Virus record (IMG/VR): IMGVR_UViG_2645727946_000002
Source of the DNA: a virus
Lineage: Duplodnaviria; Heunggongvirae; Uroviricota; Caudoviricetes
Direction: 5' to 3' (one strand)
Length of the DNA: 64,000 nt
Of this stretch, positions 45,800 to 59,200 are shown piece after piece. Below the pieces are notes generated by a model. It saw nothing but the letters and a program-made list of their open reading frames with translations, was not told where the DNA came from and ran no database searches. Numbering within the stretch: the first letter of the stretch is position 1; each line of letters begins with the position of its first letter. The position numbers and the translations under genes are program-made.

Positions 45800-46475
45800 A
45801 TGGAACGCCGGGCGCTGATTGAGGAGTCGCCGTCGTTCGGGTATCGGACGCTCGCGCATTTGCTTGGGTTCAACAAGAACACGGTGCAGCGAATCTTCCG
45901 ATTGATGGGCTGGCAGGTTCGGATGCGGCCGATTGGCTTTCGGCCTCGCGTACAAGCCATGCCGTCGGTGGCCACAGCGCCGAACGAACGCGGGTCGACC
46001 GATATGTGCCGCGTTTGGGCTGGGCGTGATGGGTGGGTGACGCTGGCGCGGGTGATCGATTGCCATACGCGGGAGTTGCTAGGCTGGCATTTGTCACGTA
46101 GCGGTAGGGCCAGCACAGCCTCGAGCGCGTTGGAGCATGCGCTGATCGCCCGGTTCGGCACACTCGGGCGTGTGCCTAAGCCGTTCCTGCTGAGAAGCGA
46201 CAACGGGCTAGTTTTCACCAGCCGCGACACACGGCTCTGGTACGCAGTTACGGTCTGCGGCAGGCGTTCATCACGCCGCACTGTCCGCAACAGAACGGAA
46301 TGGTCGAGCGCGTGATCCGCACGCTCAAAGAGCAATGCGTACACCGACACCGCTTCGAGACGCTGCAGCATGCCAGCCGCGCCATTGCCGACTGGGTCCA
46401 GTTTTACAACCATCGACGGCCTCATCAGGCGCTGAAGATGAAAACGCCGGCTGAGGCATTCGCGTTAGCCGCTTA
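45770..46475 (+). pseudogene. IS3-family transposase OrfB, frameshifted near 46250
   Basis: …GYRTLAHLLGFNKNTVQRIFRLMGW… and …RSDNGLVFTSR in one frame. C-terminal …AFITPHCPQQNGMVERVIRTLKEQ…YNHRRPHQALKMKTPAEAF in another. Confidence 0.6.
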
Positions 46476-46507
46476 ACCTGAGCAGGTTCCGTTGGGTCAT
46501 TACACCT

Positions 46508-47242
46508 CTACCTAGCCGGCGCGACGAAATTGAGCAGTACCGCAGCGGTCGTAAGCGGTTCGCCCATGAAGTAGATCGCCGTATAGATCTCGCCCGGCGA
46601 CAGCGTTACGCCCTCCATCACCACGCTGTCGTCAGTGACGTCTGCCGCGATCTTCACGCGTGCTACCGAGGCGGCCGCATTGTAAGGACTCGCGCGTCCT
46701 CGCCACAGTCCGACCCAGTTGCCTGCGGTCGCGGGCAGATAGCCCGACAACGTGTGGTACCGAAACGTAAGCGATGTCGCGCCGACCGACGCGAGCTGAA
46801 GCGTAACGGTGTCCACAACGCCCGTCGAGCCGTCGGCGGCGAGCAACGCCGATGCGCAAACGTCGTCGACTTCCGGCCCGACCGCATAGCCTACCGTGTA
46901 CGGCGTGGCGCTGATCGACACTCCGGTCATCACCACCGTTCCGAGTTCGGCGTCGGTCGGAATGCCGAGCCGTGCCGCGGGCGCGATCGACCACGGTACG
47001 ACGCTGCTTTGCCACAGCGCGACGAAGTCTCCATAGAGCTTCGGCTGATTCCCAGGCAGCCCCGCATAACTGACGTCGACGGTCGTGCCGGACGAGCCGG
47101 TAATGATCGCGGCGCACACGGACACCGTGGACGCTGCCGGCTGCGCGAGCGCCTGCGCCGCGGCGACGCCGGCGAGCAGGCCCCACAGGAGCGGCGCCGC
47201 GACGAACGCGCACAACGCGCGGTCGCGGCGCGCTAGCGGCAT
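46508..47242 (-). CDS. secreted tandem-repeat beta-domain protein (paralogue of 63308..64000), last gene of giant-protein operon
   Basis: ATG 47242 overlaps the giant-gene stop. Signal peptide MPLARRDRALCAFVAAPLLWGLLAGVAAAQA. Two about 100-aa repeats with …PGNQPKLYGDFVALWQ… and …AGNWVGLWRGRASPYN…. Confidence 0.6.
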   Translation of the reverse strand: MPLARRDRALCAFVAAPLLWGLLAGVAAAQALAQPAASTVSVCAAIITGSSGTTVDVSYAGLPGNQPKLYGDFVALWQSSVVPWSIAPAARLGIPTDAELGTVVMTGVSISATPYTVGYAVGPEVDDVCASALLAADGSTGVVDTVTLQLASVGATSLTFRYHTLSGYLPATAGNWVGLWRGRASPYNAAASVARVKIAADVTDDSVVMEGVTLSPGEIYTAIYFMGEPLTTAAVLLNFVAPAR

Positions 47243-50200
47243 GGCAGCGGCGGGACCACCTGCGCGATGGACAGCATCAATCGCCGCATCCGCAGCAACG
47301 GCATCGGCTGGCCGGTAAGATTCGACATCAGCGTCAGATCCATCCAGAGTGTTCCGCCGCCCGTCGGTTCGTATGTGGAGAACCACGTTTCGATCGCGGC
47401 AGTCCAGTCAGCGGTCATTTTCGCGATGGTGCCCGCGCCGGTTCCGGCGACGTCGACCGTCAGCGGCGCCTGCATCAACACCGGCAACACGATCTTATCG
47501 AGCGCGGCGTTCAGCGCATATCCGTATGTCACCTCCACCTGTGCGACGATCTGCGGCAGCGTGTCGCCGGCGAGCAGATAGGCAAAGAGCGCGTCGAAAT
47601 GCTCCTGAAGCGAACGCGTCACCGGCGTACCGGACGGGATCGCCGCCACATCGATGATCGCATTGGCGTCGTTGGTCGGATACAGCGGGCTGGCGAAGCG
47701 CACTTCGGGCGTCGTGTAGACAAACGCGTCAGCCGACGGTTTGCCCGGAACGAGTTCGCGGTTGCGCTCCACCCAGACGGTAGACCACGCGTCCTGGCGC
47801 TGCAGGATGTCGAGCGCGGGCAGCCGCACCGTACGGCCCGGAATGTTCTGCCCGTTCGCGGCGCTCAGGTATGAACCCTCCGGCCCGGGGCCGGCCTTGC
47901 GCTTGTACACGTAGTGGAAGACATCGCCGGCCTTCTGCGTGTCGCCAGGCGGCTGCCAAGGCTGCGCGTCGTACAGCGCCGGATCGATTTCGACGACCGG
48001 CTGACCCATTCCTGCCGGGACGGCGCCGACCAGCGTCACCACTAGCGCGCCTTCGGTATCGCCAACCTCGGCCGAGCCTTCTTCCTCATAGAACGCGAAG
48101 GTAAGCGACGGGTCGCCGGTGAGCAGTCGCGCCGGGGCCTGGAACGTGAGACCCGTGCCGCCGCGGCGCTCGCCATTGCCTTGCGTATTTCCGCCTGCCG
48201 CGTCGACCAGTTCGTCGACCAGTTGGATGAACGATTGCAGAGCGATCGATGCGTCGTCGATCTTTTGCTGGTCCGTCATCGGGTCGACCGTCGCATCGAT
48301 GCCGGCGAGGATGGTTTGCAGATCCGCGTTCACCTTCGGTAACACGGTAATGAACTCCGCGAGCTGCGCGAACGCATCCGGGAAGCTCGCGAACAAAGTC
48401 GGCGCGGTGCGTAGATTGAATTCGACCTCGCCGTAGATGCGGTCTTGCGGATAGTGGAACGGCAGCGAATAGGTGAACGCATAGTCCCACTGCTTGAGCA
48501 GGGGCAGGCTCGCGGTGTCGAGGTCATGGGTTGGGGTGCCGCTCTGCTCCGTCATCGCGGGGCTTGCCGGGAATGCGCGCAGCACCAGTGGCACCGCGAA
48601 GTTCCCGAGGTCCGCCGCGAGCGGCCCGTCAGTGTCCGGCACGACGAAGCTGAGCCAGGTCGATGCCTGGTAATCCTCGATACCCGGCAGCGCGCCGATC
48701 TGATGCTCGATCTGGCTGCCTTGGTACGTCATGTCCAGCTCGACATACGACACTATCTCGCCGCCCGCGCCGCGTACCGAATCCGGAGCGTTGACGAGAT
48801 ACGTGAGCGCGCGCGTATCGCCGGCCTGCAACGTAAGCTTCGGCGAACTGAACGCGAGCGTGCTGGCCGGCAGGCTCGCCGAGCCAGTCGTGACAGTGCG
48901 CGTGAGCGGCGGACGCACCGCGCGTCCCGTCGCGTCCTTCAGATTGCTGACGGTGACCGTCGTCTGTCCCGGCTGCACGTCCGTCGCGAGCGTGAGCGTC
49001 ACCGTGCCGCGGTCGACCGTCGCCGTCAGCACGCCGGCACCGCTGCTCAATGCGTAGTTTTCGATGTTGCCGGCGGTGACCGGGTCCATCGGGTCGCTGA
49101 ACAGCAGGAACACGGTGGTCAGTGCCTGTCCGTCGACATTGGCGGCCTCGAACACCGGTCCGTTCCGCGTGACCGGCCCAAACAGCCGCGGCGGCTGATC
49201 CGCGGCGGGCTCGATCACGTCGGCGGCCACGTTCGCATGGAACTCCACCGCGGCGCGCGTCGTATATGCGGCTGACAATCGCACCAGCAGTTGCTGGTAA
49301 AACGCTTCGCGCGCGGCGGACGGGTCGGAGGTTTCCCCCGCGAAGACCGGAATCATCCACAGCTTCGCGACCGTCGCGAGTCCCTTCTTGCCGTCGAGGA
49401 TCGACTGCAGATAATCAGCGGACTTCAACTCGCCGACGATCTGCATCGGCGCGGTGAATTGCGGTGTCAGCACGTCGTCGACGGCGGCGAACACCTGCGC
49501 GCACCACGTGTCGAGATCGACATCCGTGAAATCGGTGGTGCGTGACGGCGTCGACGAGATGCCCTTGCCGGTCGTGTAGTCGTAGATCGGTACTTGCGTG
49601 CGGCTGATTAACCGGTTGCTCGCCGGCTGCGGCGCGAACACGGCCGGGTTGCCCGCGTCGGCGATCGCATACGAGATCGCCTTGCCGGCAGCGAGCCCGA
49701 CGCGTACCGCCCAGACCGTGCTGGCCGCTCCAGTGGCGGGCGGCGCGGTGCGATCGACGCCGGTCGCCACCTTCAGCCGGACACTGCCCGGCGTCGACAG
49801 CGCCTGTTCGAAACCGGTCGCGAACGTAACGAGCCCGAGCGTGCCGCCGGTGGCGCCGAGCGCATCCTGCAGCGGCGCGACGCGCGTGCTCGCGCTGCGA
49901 ATGCCGGCGACCGTCTCCAGCCCCGGCAGCACCGGGCCGTGCGCGCGCGTCATCGTAAATGATGTCCACAGCGGGAAGATCTGCGCGGTGTTCACCTGCT
50001 GCGGTGGCACGTCCACGTCGAGCGGCAACCCGGCGGCGGGCGGCACGGCAACGCTCTGGAACTTCGAGCGGTCCAGCACGAACGCATAGACACTGGAGGC
50101 CGCGCCGGCTGTGCCGAACAGCCAGTCCATCAGCTTGTCGACGGCGGCCGGCGCATACGCGACGCTGCCCGGCGCTCCGTGCGCGCCCGCGAGCAACGAA

Positions 50201-53200
50201 GACTGCGCCGACAGATCGACTCCGGCGGGATCGGTGAGCTGGTAGTACAGCTGTGTATAGACGTGCAGGTCCTGCGACGCGTTCTGTTGCACGGTGCTGC
50301 TGCGCGTGACCGGATTGTCTGGCCAGTCGAACGACGCCTGCCCGCTGTAGCGCATGTCGCTCGCTTGCGCTTTGATATCAGTGGCGATCACTGTGTAGCG
50401 CAGGTCGTCGTCGAGCGCCGGCACCGTCAGCGTGACGGTTTTTCCATCCGCGGCCAGCGACGCCGAATCGACGGTTCCCGGCACCAGTTGCCAGCGCGAC
50501 AGTTCGCCGACCGATGCGGCGTCGAGCGCGTCCGTGAATACCACGGTGATCGTCGTCTGCGTCGCCGCCGATGCCTGCAGCAAGCCTTGGTAACGGCTCG
50601 GATCGAAGCTCAACTCGATATTCAGCCGCGGGTTCGCTCCGCCGCTGCCGGGCAGCACCTGCCAGTTCGAAGCAATCGACGGCCATTGCGACAGCGACAC
50701 CAGCGGATCCGTGTAGCCGGTGAGCAGCGGCGCGTCGTTGTACGGTGCCGCATCGCCGGCCAGTGGGTCCGACAGCGGCGTCGACAGCACGTTGCCGTAG
50801 TAGTCCTGCCACGCAAACGAGATCTGCAGTATGCCGCCGACACCAAAATACGGACTGGCGCTTGCGGGCGGCAGCGCGACCGCCGCGCGCGGCGCTTGCG
50901 GCACGTGCTTCGCAAAGCGTGCGTAAGGCAGCGCCTGACTGAAGTTCCACGCTTCGACCTGATCTGCCGGAACGACGGTGCGAACCTTGTCGTTGCCGTT
51001 TTCTTCCGGAGCCTTGGTTGTCGGTCCGGCGGGCAGCCCCGGCGGATCGCTCGGCCGGAAGTCGACGTTGCCGTATACCTGCTGGTTCAACAGGCTGAAG
51101 TTGTTCAGCAGCAGTTCCGTTCCGTAGTCCGGCGATGTACCGTCCACGTGCGGCGGCGCCGGACGCAGCGCGGCGAGCGCCTGCACGCCCGGCTGCACCG
51201 CAGCCGAGCGCACGCGCGGGCCGCCGGGAATCACGAGCGGCACGCCGGCCGCGAACAGCTGGGCCACCCGCGCGTTATGGGAAGCAAGCGCGTCGACCGG
51301 CTCGCCGTACCAGCCCGCGATATCCGCGAGCGACGCCGTGTGCGCGCTCGTGCCGGCAGTGAGCGTGAGGTCCGGTACGCGGATCGCGGCCGGGAACGGC
51401 AGTGGGTCGGGCAAGCCGCCCCACAGCGGATTGGCGTCGTTCAGCGCCTGCACCGTGGTGCCGAAGCGGCTCGCGACCTGCGCGAGCGCGATGCCGCCCG
51501 GCGGCGCCTGGTAGACCCCTTCGCTCACGCGCACGAGCGCGCCTGCGCGAAGCGCGACGTTCGCGTTGGCTTCCGCGATATCCGCCTCGTCCGAATACCA
51601 TTGCGCGGCGAGCGACGCGAGCGTCTCGCCAGTGCCGCTCGTGACGGTGGCGGGAACCGGCGCCGCTTCCGCGAACAGCACCGCGTTGCCGGTATCCAGC
51701 GCGTCGGTCGTCACCACCGCATTCATGTAATTCGTGACGCGGTCCTGATCGTCTACGGCCGCGGGCTTCGCGTACAGCACGATCAACGTCAGCGATGCCT
51801 CGTTGCGGTCGTTGAATATGCGATCGGGCAGCCCGCCTCCAGCGGCGCGATCGTAGTAGTACAGGAAGAAGCCGCCCGAGCGTGTGATGCTCGCTTCCCA
51901 CAGCAGCCGCACGAACTCCGACGGCGAATTGAGCAGCGTGAGCTGCGGCGTTTCGCCGGCCGTTTCACGCAGTGCCGCGAATGCGGCGCCGGCAGGCGGA
52001 CGGGTTTCCGTCGACAGGTTCACCTGCGCGATGCCGAACACGACGCTCGCCGCGCCGCCGGTCTGCACGCCTTCGCCGCCGCCCGTTGCGCTATCGGGTG
52101 CAAAACCGACGCTCAGGCCGAAGTAGGCCGAATCGTCCGCCTGCACCTGGCTCAACAGTTGTTCGAGCACCACGATTGCAGCGCCGCTCGCGCCGACCAC
52201 CTCGTACGTGTCGACGGACGCGGGACTGCCCGCTACCGGCGGAATGCGCCGCACCGTGAAGCCGATGGTCGACGCCCATCCGTACGAGTCCACCCCGGTG
52301 GTTTCGGTGGCGCCCGTCGCATCGTCGTAGCGGGCCACCCGCAGTGCAAAGCGCGGATTCACCGCATGGGTGGCCGGATCGGGAAGCGCCGCAAGCGCGC
52401 CCGGCAGTTGCCACACGCGCAGCGACTGCACGCCGGCCGGCGGCTGACCATAAGGCAGCGCGACGGTGTTCGTGCTCAGCCACTGCAACGCGGACGTGAA
52501 CGGATAGGTCGCGAGGGCGGTATCGTACATCTTGCCCGCGCCGAGCATATCCATCGGCACGACGAGCCGTGTCTTCGCGGCGGCGGTCACCTGCGCGATA
52601 CGCGTCGCGTCGGGCGTGCCGGGCGTGACCGATAGTGTCAGACGGTCGGTCGGGCCGCCGTTGCCGTCGACGAAGCGCAGCCACGACGAACCGGCGCCGG
52701 CCACGCTGTCGAAGGTCGCCGCGAACGGATCGGCGCCGAGTGCGGGCAGCGGGAATTGCTGACCGGTCAGCGCATAGAGCCCGGCTTGCGGCGGCAGCTT
52801 CAGCGTGCCGTTCACGTCATGCACCCACATGCCCATCTCGTTGGGCACGATCGACCATTGCCCGCCCGTGCCGGTCGGGCCGGACGTCGGGAAGCGCAGC
52901 CCGTGCATCGTATAGCTGCTCGCGATGCCGGACAGGTGCTGCAGCATGCCCGAGCGTTGCGCTTCGGCGAGCAGTTCGGCCAACGGAAATTGCGGCAGGT
53001 GCGGCAAGTCGAGCGTGTCGCCGGTGTCGAACAACCCGGCTACCGTGCCGTTGGCGGGCTGGTCTGCCAGCACCGAGACGGTCACGCCGAAGCGCGCCGC
53101 GACCTGCGCGAGATCGTCGCCTTGCTGCGTCGTGTAGCGGAACGCCGGAACCGTAAGCGACGCGACCGGCGCGAGCAGGCCGGGTTGCGTCAGCACCGCG

Positions 53201-56200
53201 CTGGTCGCGAGCAGGTCGGACACGGTTACGCCGAACGCGTTCGCAACGTCGCCAAGTGTGTCGCGCGGCTGCACGGTGTACGCGTCCTTGTCCGGATACT
53301 CGATCTTCACGCCTTCGAGCAGCACGCTGCGGCCCGCATTCGCGGTGGCCAGTGCGGCCGCGCCGAAACCGCCGGCGTATACGGGCAGCGCGGCGATCGA
53401 CGCGAAGGTGTCGGTCGCGAGCGCCGTGTACGCCGTGTACGGCATGAGCGCGCTCGCGCCGATACGCAGCATGCCGGCCGCGTCGAGCACATCTGAGTCG
53501 GCCAGCAGATCGTTGAGCTTCGCCTGGTAATGCGCAGCGATGCTGACGAGCGTGTCGCCAGCAACGCTCGTGTACGGATCGAAGCCCGGGTAAGTGATCG
53601 TCGCGCCCGGCTGCAGCAGCGCAGCGTCGGCCGCATTGGCCGACGCGATCGCACTTGCGGGCAGCGCGTCGTCGAAGGCCTTGGCCAGCGATGTGAAGGT
53701 CTGGCCGGTCTTGGCCAGGCTGATCGAGCTCGTGACGCCGATCGTCAGTGTCTTTTCGGCGACGAGCGCGTGCAGCGCATTGGCACCGAACACGTCGTTC
53801 AGCGTGTACAGCTCGTTCAACTGACCGGTCGTGTTCACCCAGCTCACGACGTCGTCCGGTGTCTCGTTCGCGTCGAGCGCGTACTTGAAGTCGCGCAGTG
53901 CGTCTTGCGCGGCCTTGACCATCTGCCGGGCGAGCAGCAGGAAGTAGTCGGAGAACATCCATCCGGCCATCGACAGCGGCGCTTCTTCCACAAATGCCCG
54001 CGCCGCCGCGCCGTTCGCCGCTTGCTCGCGCTCCACCTGCACCGCGAGCTGGTCGAACCATGCGCGCAGTTCGGCCAGCGTGTTTTCGCCGAGCGCGTTA
54101 TAGCTGCCGAGGGTGTACTGCACGCCCGGGTAGTCGTTGCCGTACGGCGGAATCATCACGCGCAGTTGCGGCGGCGCCGGGAAATACGCGGTATCGGCCG
54201 ACGCATCCTGATCGGTCGGCGGCACGCGCAGATTGAATCGGAAATGCGTGTCGAGGAACGCCTGCACCGCGTCGAGCGGGATCGGCGTCGGATCGTCGCC
54301 GGTGCTGACGAGCACTTCGTCCGCGAGCCAGTCCAGTAGCGTCGCGGGAACCGGGCATCGATCGACCTCGTCCGGCGTCATCGGCCCCTGAACGGCCGCG
54401 ATGGCCCAGCGCAGCACCATTTTCGCGAGCGCCTCGAACGAGCTGTCGGGCGCGCTTCCCGCCGCCTTGAGCTTGCTCGCGCCGGCATCCTGCCCAGCCG
54501 GCGGCACGGATTCGATCAGCAGCAGCGCGACCCAGCACGACAACTGGTTCGCCGGTTCGCCCTGCGGTGTCCATTCGTCGCGCGCCGCGGTGAGCCCCGG
54601 CACGAGGTAGCCCGACAGGTCCGTCACGCCGTCCGGCCGCAGGTTGCCCCAGTTCGGCGCGCTCACCAGCAGGCTGTCGCGCGCTTGCGCGCGCGCGAAG
54701 CCGGAGAGCCGACGCTCGACCGGCAGACGCAGCACGCCGCGCACGTTGCGGCCATCGCCGAGCCATGGCGCGGCGCCCCGGTTATCGATCGTGAAGGTCT
54801 CCTTCAGTCGCATCGAGAACGAGAACGAGATGCTGATCTTGAACAACCCGAGGTTGATCTTCACGCTAACCGACACGTCGACCGAGGCGATCACTGTGAT
54901 CGTGATCGACACATACGATTCGTACGTGAGTTGCAGCAGGAGCTTGACCGTGATGTCGACGTTCGCCTTCACGATCGCGAAGTCGACGCTGCCGTACACG
55001 CGGCCGACGATGCCGACCGTGCCGCGCAGCCAGAAGTAGTAGTCGCCCTGCAACTGGGTGGACGGCTCGCGTCCCGAGTGGGTGAGCTGATACGGGTTCC
55101 ACTTCGCGAGGATGCCTTCGAGAATCCCGACCACGGTCACGCTGAAGCCGGCCGACAGGATGCCGTATTCGATCGACTTGCCGAAGCCCACCTGCATGCC
55201 GAAGCCGAATACGAGCACCGGATTGAACGTGCCGTACGACGACGCGGGCACGCGATTGGTGCTCGCGCTGGAGAGCTTGCCGAAATAGAAACCGGCCGAG
55301 CCCAGCACCGGAATGCCGGGCGGGATGATCGCCTCGATCGTGAACGAACGCGAAAAATTCTCGTTCCACGGGAAGCCGATGTCCACCTGGAAGTCGCCGT
55401 TCGTATAGACGGCGATGCCGAACACGGGCAGCGTGAGTGAATACGCGCCGACCGTCAGATGACGCATCAGGTCGGGCAGCGTGATCTCCGCCTGGTACAC
55501 GCCGACGGTGTCGCTCACCTGACGGTACATGATCTGGAAGTCGAGGCCCTTGAATACCTTGGCCGCCGCGCCGTCGAGCGCAATTCGCAGCCCGTACAGA
55601 TGCGGGTCGTTGAACACCGCCTGCAGCGTCAATACATAGCCGGACGATTCCGCAAGCGAGTTGCCGTCGTTTGTCACGCGCAGCGCGTTCGCGTTATTGC
55701 CGGTTTGCCCGCTGTCGATCTTCAGCACGCCGAAGTCGGTGCCGATCAGCCACGCGCTTTGCGCATCGAAGCGCACTGCCGGAATCTGGCCGGGCTTCGG
55801 ATCGGGCAGCGTGGCCATGCAGGCGATGGCCTTTTGCACCGTATCGGCGGTCGCGAAGCAGGGCAGCGTGATGTGCTGGCCCATCGCCAGCAGCCGCAGG
55901 TCGAGATACTTGTTGCCGTTGCCGGGAGGCGCGGGCGCGGTGCCCGGCTTGCTCGCATCCCACTCGAGCGGCGTGCTCGGATCCGACTGCCAGAAGAAAG
56001 ACCCATTGAGCGTCACCATCACGCCGCGATCTTCGCCGGTGGATTGATAGCCGACGTCGATGCTGTCGATGCGCGCGAAGCCCAGATTGATCGGGCCGAT
56101 CGTCACGGCGAAGCTGACCTTGTTGCGACTCGGCGTGGTCTGGTTGAACGTGTATTTGAGCGCGAGGTTCGACAGCGGGATCGCGTTCAGGAAACTCCAT

Positions 56201-59200
56201 GGCGACTCGAGCCCGAACTTCGAGTCGGTCGCCCACGACACCATCGTTTCGATCATCGAGCCGAGCGTCGTGTTCTGCTTGAAGCCGAGCGTCGCGGTCC
56301 AGTCCTGGGTCGTCGGGTCCGGTCCGTCGACCACACCTTCGAGCAGGCCCCACGTGATCCCGTATTGCTTGACCTTCGGGTTGTAGTCGAACCAGACGGT
56401 GAGGTCGATGTTCTGCCAGATCACTTCGAGGTCGAGCCTGCCGAATTTCCCCGGCACCTCTGCCTTCGCTCCCGCGTCGCCCATGCGCAGCTTCGCTGCG
56501 AGACTCACGTCCAGGAACGGCACAACCCAGTTGTCGGCGGTCTTGCCCGTGAACGCCCACGTCGAATCGGTGGGCGAGCTCGTGATCGTCAGCCCAAGCC
56601 CGTCGATCGCGTACTCCTGCCCTTGCGGGGCCTGCCACGTATTGCCGAGGTAATAAACGAGCAACGCGCCGAGGCTCACCACTCCGGACGTTTGCTGCGC
56701 GTCGAAGGTCCACGCCTTCGCGGCTGTCTTGTACGTAGCCGTGGTGGAGAGCCCGATCGGGCTCTCCGAGTTCGGCAGGACGATCAGCGAGCCGCCGAAG
56801 CTTCCTTCAATTTCAGTCTGCGTGCCGCCGGCGCCGTTGTTGCCGCCGGCATCCGCTTTCGGCGGATTGATATCGCGTGAAACGGCGTCGATCGCGAAGT
56901 TCAGGCCGGTGATCGTAAACAGCGCATTGGCGGCAGACGGCACCGGCCACTGCGCGGAGACGTCCATCGAGAAGCTGTACGCGCCCTGCGCCTGATCCAC
57001 GATGAAGCTCAATTGCTCGATCGCGGTGCTCGATACGCTCGCCGGAATGGCCGCGGCGAAATCGGCGCCCAGATACTCGGTGACGATAGCGGCGAGCGTG
57101 ATCGGCGGGCTGCCGTCGATCAAGCCGCCGGTCACGCGCAGCGCGGGCACGCGCGCCTCCAGTTGCGCGTGGCCGCCGGCGATGTCGAACCGGCCGCCGA
57201 TCACGTAGCGCGTGCTGCGCCGCTGCAGATCGCCGGGATAATCGGTCAGCGCGCTGAAGCTGAGCCCGGTAACCGTCACGCCGGGCACCAGTTGCCAGCT
57301 TCGATTCTCGGGTGTGCCGAGCGTGACGCCGATGTACTCCATCACGCCGTTCGCGTAGCTGTAGCGCAGCGCAAGGTTCTGCACCTCGATGTCGCTGAAG
57401 AACTGGATTTGCGATGGCAGCAGCGCCTGGATGTTGATGCCCCCGAGCATCTGAAAGATATTCGTGATGCTCGGTCGCGGCGCGAGAAATTCCGCTTGCA
57501 GCAGCAGGCGCCCCGGTTCGGACGGCAGCGTCAGCGACGCCTTCGCGGCGATCCCGGCCGTAAACGTCGCACCGACCGTGCCCGTCACGGGAACGGCCGC
57601 GTTGCTGTCGATGGCAAGCGCAAGCGACGGGTTGGCGACGCTGAGCCACTGCGCGCCCGGGAACGCCCAGACCGTGTCCGTAAACGCGCCGGACATCTTG
57701 CCCGCGATCGTCCCGCCGCTGTCGGTAAACGAGAACGCGAGCGTCAGGTTGCCTGCGCCGAACGCCTTCGACTTGCCTGTCAACGTGACTTCGGTTTTAT
57801 CGGCGTTGATTTCCGTCACCGTGTCGGTGATCGTGAACACGACGTCGATCACGACTTGCCTGAAGAACTCGTTCAGGATGCCGTCGGTAACCGCCAGCAG
57901 AAAATCGAGCACACCGTCGACCGTGTGACTCGTCAGATCCTCGTAGAACGCTTCGAGCAGCGCACTTGCGCCGTTCGTGTCGCCGCCTGCGACACGTGTC
58001 GGCGGCTTGCGGTGCGCGATGCGCGCGGGCGCCCGTGCGGTGGCGCCGGCCTCGTGAACAGGCGCGTTCGCGTCGTCCAGCTCGGCATGCGCGAGCGCGA
58101 GTCGGTGCTCCTCGAGCGCCGCCGGCCCGATCAGATTGACGAACAGATCGAGGCCGCGCAGCAGCTTGTCGTTCAGCTCGTCGTGAAAAAACGTACGCTG
58201 CGCCGCGAAGTAAGTCGCACGGGCGTTTCCGGCCGGCTGCACATACGCGTTGATCATCGCCGGCAGTTGCGTCGGCGGATAGGTCGGGCGATCTCTGTAC
58301 CAGTTGTCGGGACGCGTGAAGTAAATGCCGTTGAACGACTCGTCGAGCGAATTGGTCGCGTCGGTGCCCGCGCCGGTGGAACTGAGCGGCAGCGTCGCGT
58401 AGCTGAATCGCGCATCCGCTTCGCGACTGTTATTGCTCGTGATCTTGAAGTACGGCTTGCCGAGATTGAGCATCAGTTCGGCGGTATTCTGCCCTTCCAG
58501 CACCGGTGGCAAAGTCGCGCTCGCATAAAGCGCATCGAACAGCGGCGCCGGAATTTTGCCGATGTAGACCACCAGCAGTTGATCGTCCTTGAGATACGAC
58601 AGCTCTTCGTCGAGCTGCTCAACTGTGGGTACGCTATTCGGGCTGCCGAGATCCTGGACCCGGTCTTTGACCTTATTCTCCTCGTTCCAGCCCCGGAAAT
58701 CAGGCGTCGTCCTGATCTTGTTTACCATCTGGCCGGCCGGGTCCCGCATCAAAAACAGGAACGCTTCCCACTCGGAGGCCGTGAGGGTCGTGATCTGAAC
58801 CATCACCGTCTTTTTGACGGCGGGATGTGTGTTCTGCGCGATCAACGCGCCGGTGACCGCGTTGTACAGCGACGTATAGGCGCTCCCTTTCGTCGTGACG
58901 CCGTAGACGGGAAAAAGCGTGATCTCGCCTGCTCGCCGTCGTTCGAGCAGACGCTCGATCACGAGCGCCTTGTTCGCGTACGGCGTTTGTGCAATCGCCT
59001 CTCGGTCCGACTGCGTCAGCTCGGGATCGGCGAGATAGAACGCGCGCCGCGCAAGCAGCGTGGTCGGATTCAGCTCATCGAGGTTGTATTCGCTCGCCGT
59101 GCCACCGGGCGGCTTGATCCGGACCATATTGGTCCCGCGATTCCACGCATACGGCTGAAGCTGAACGTAGTTGGTCACATTCAGCAGGTGATACGGCGGC

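Noticed and set aside
50179-52635. 818-aa plus-strand ORF, and several other 100-400-aa ORFs on both strands between 47.2 and 63.2 kb
   Set aside because: All lie inside and antisense to, or out of frame with, the uninterrupted 12.4-kb and 3.6-kb minus-strand genes. Arg-rich shadow frames.
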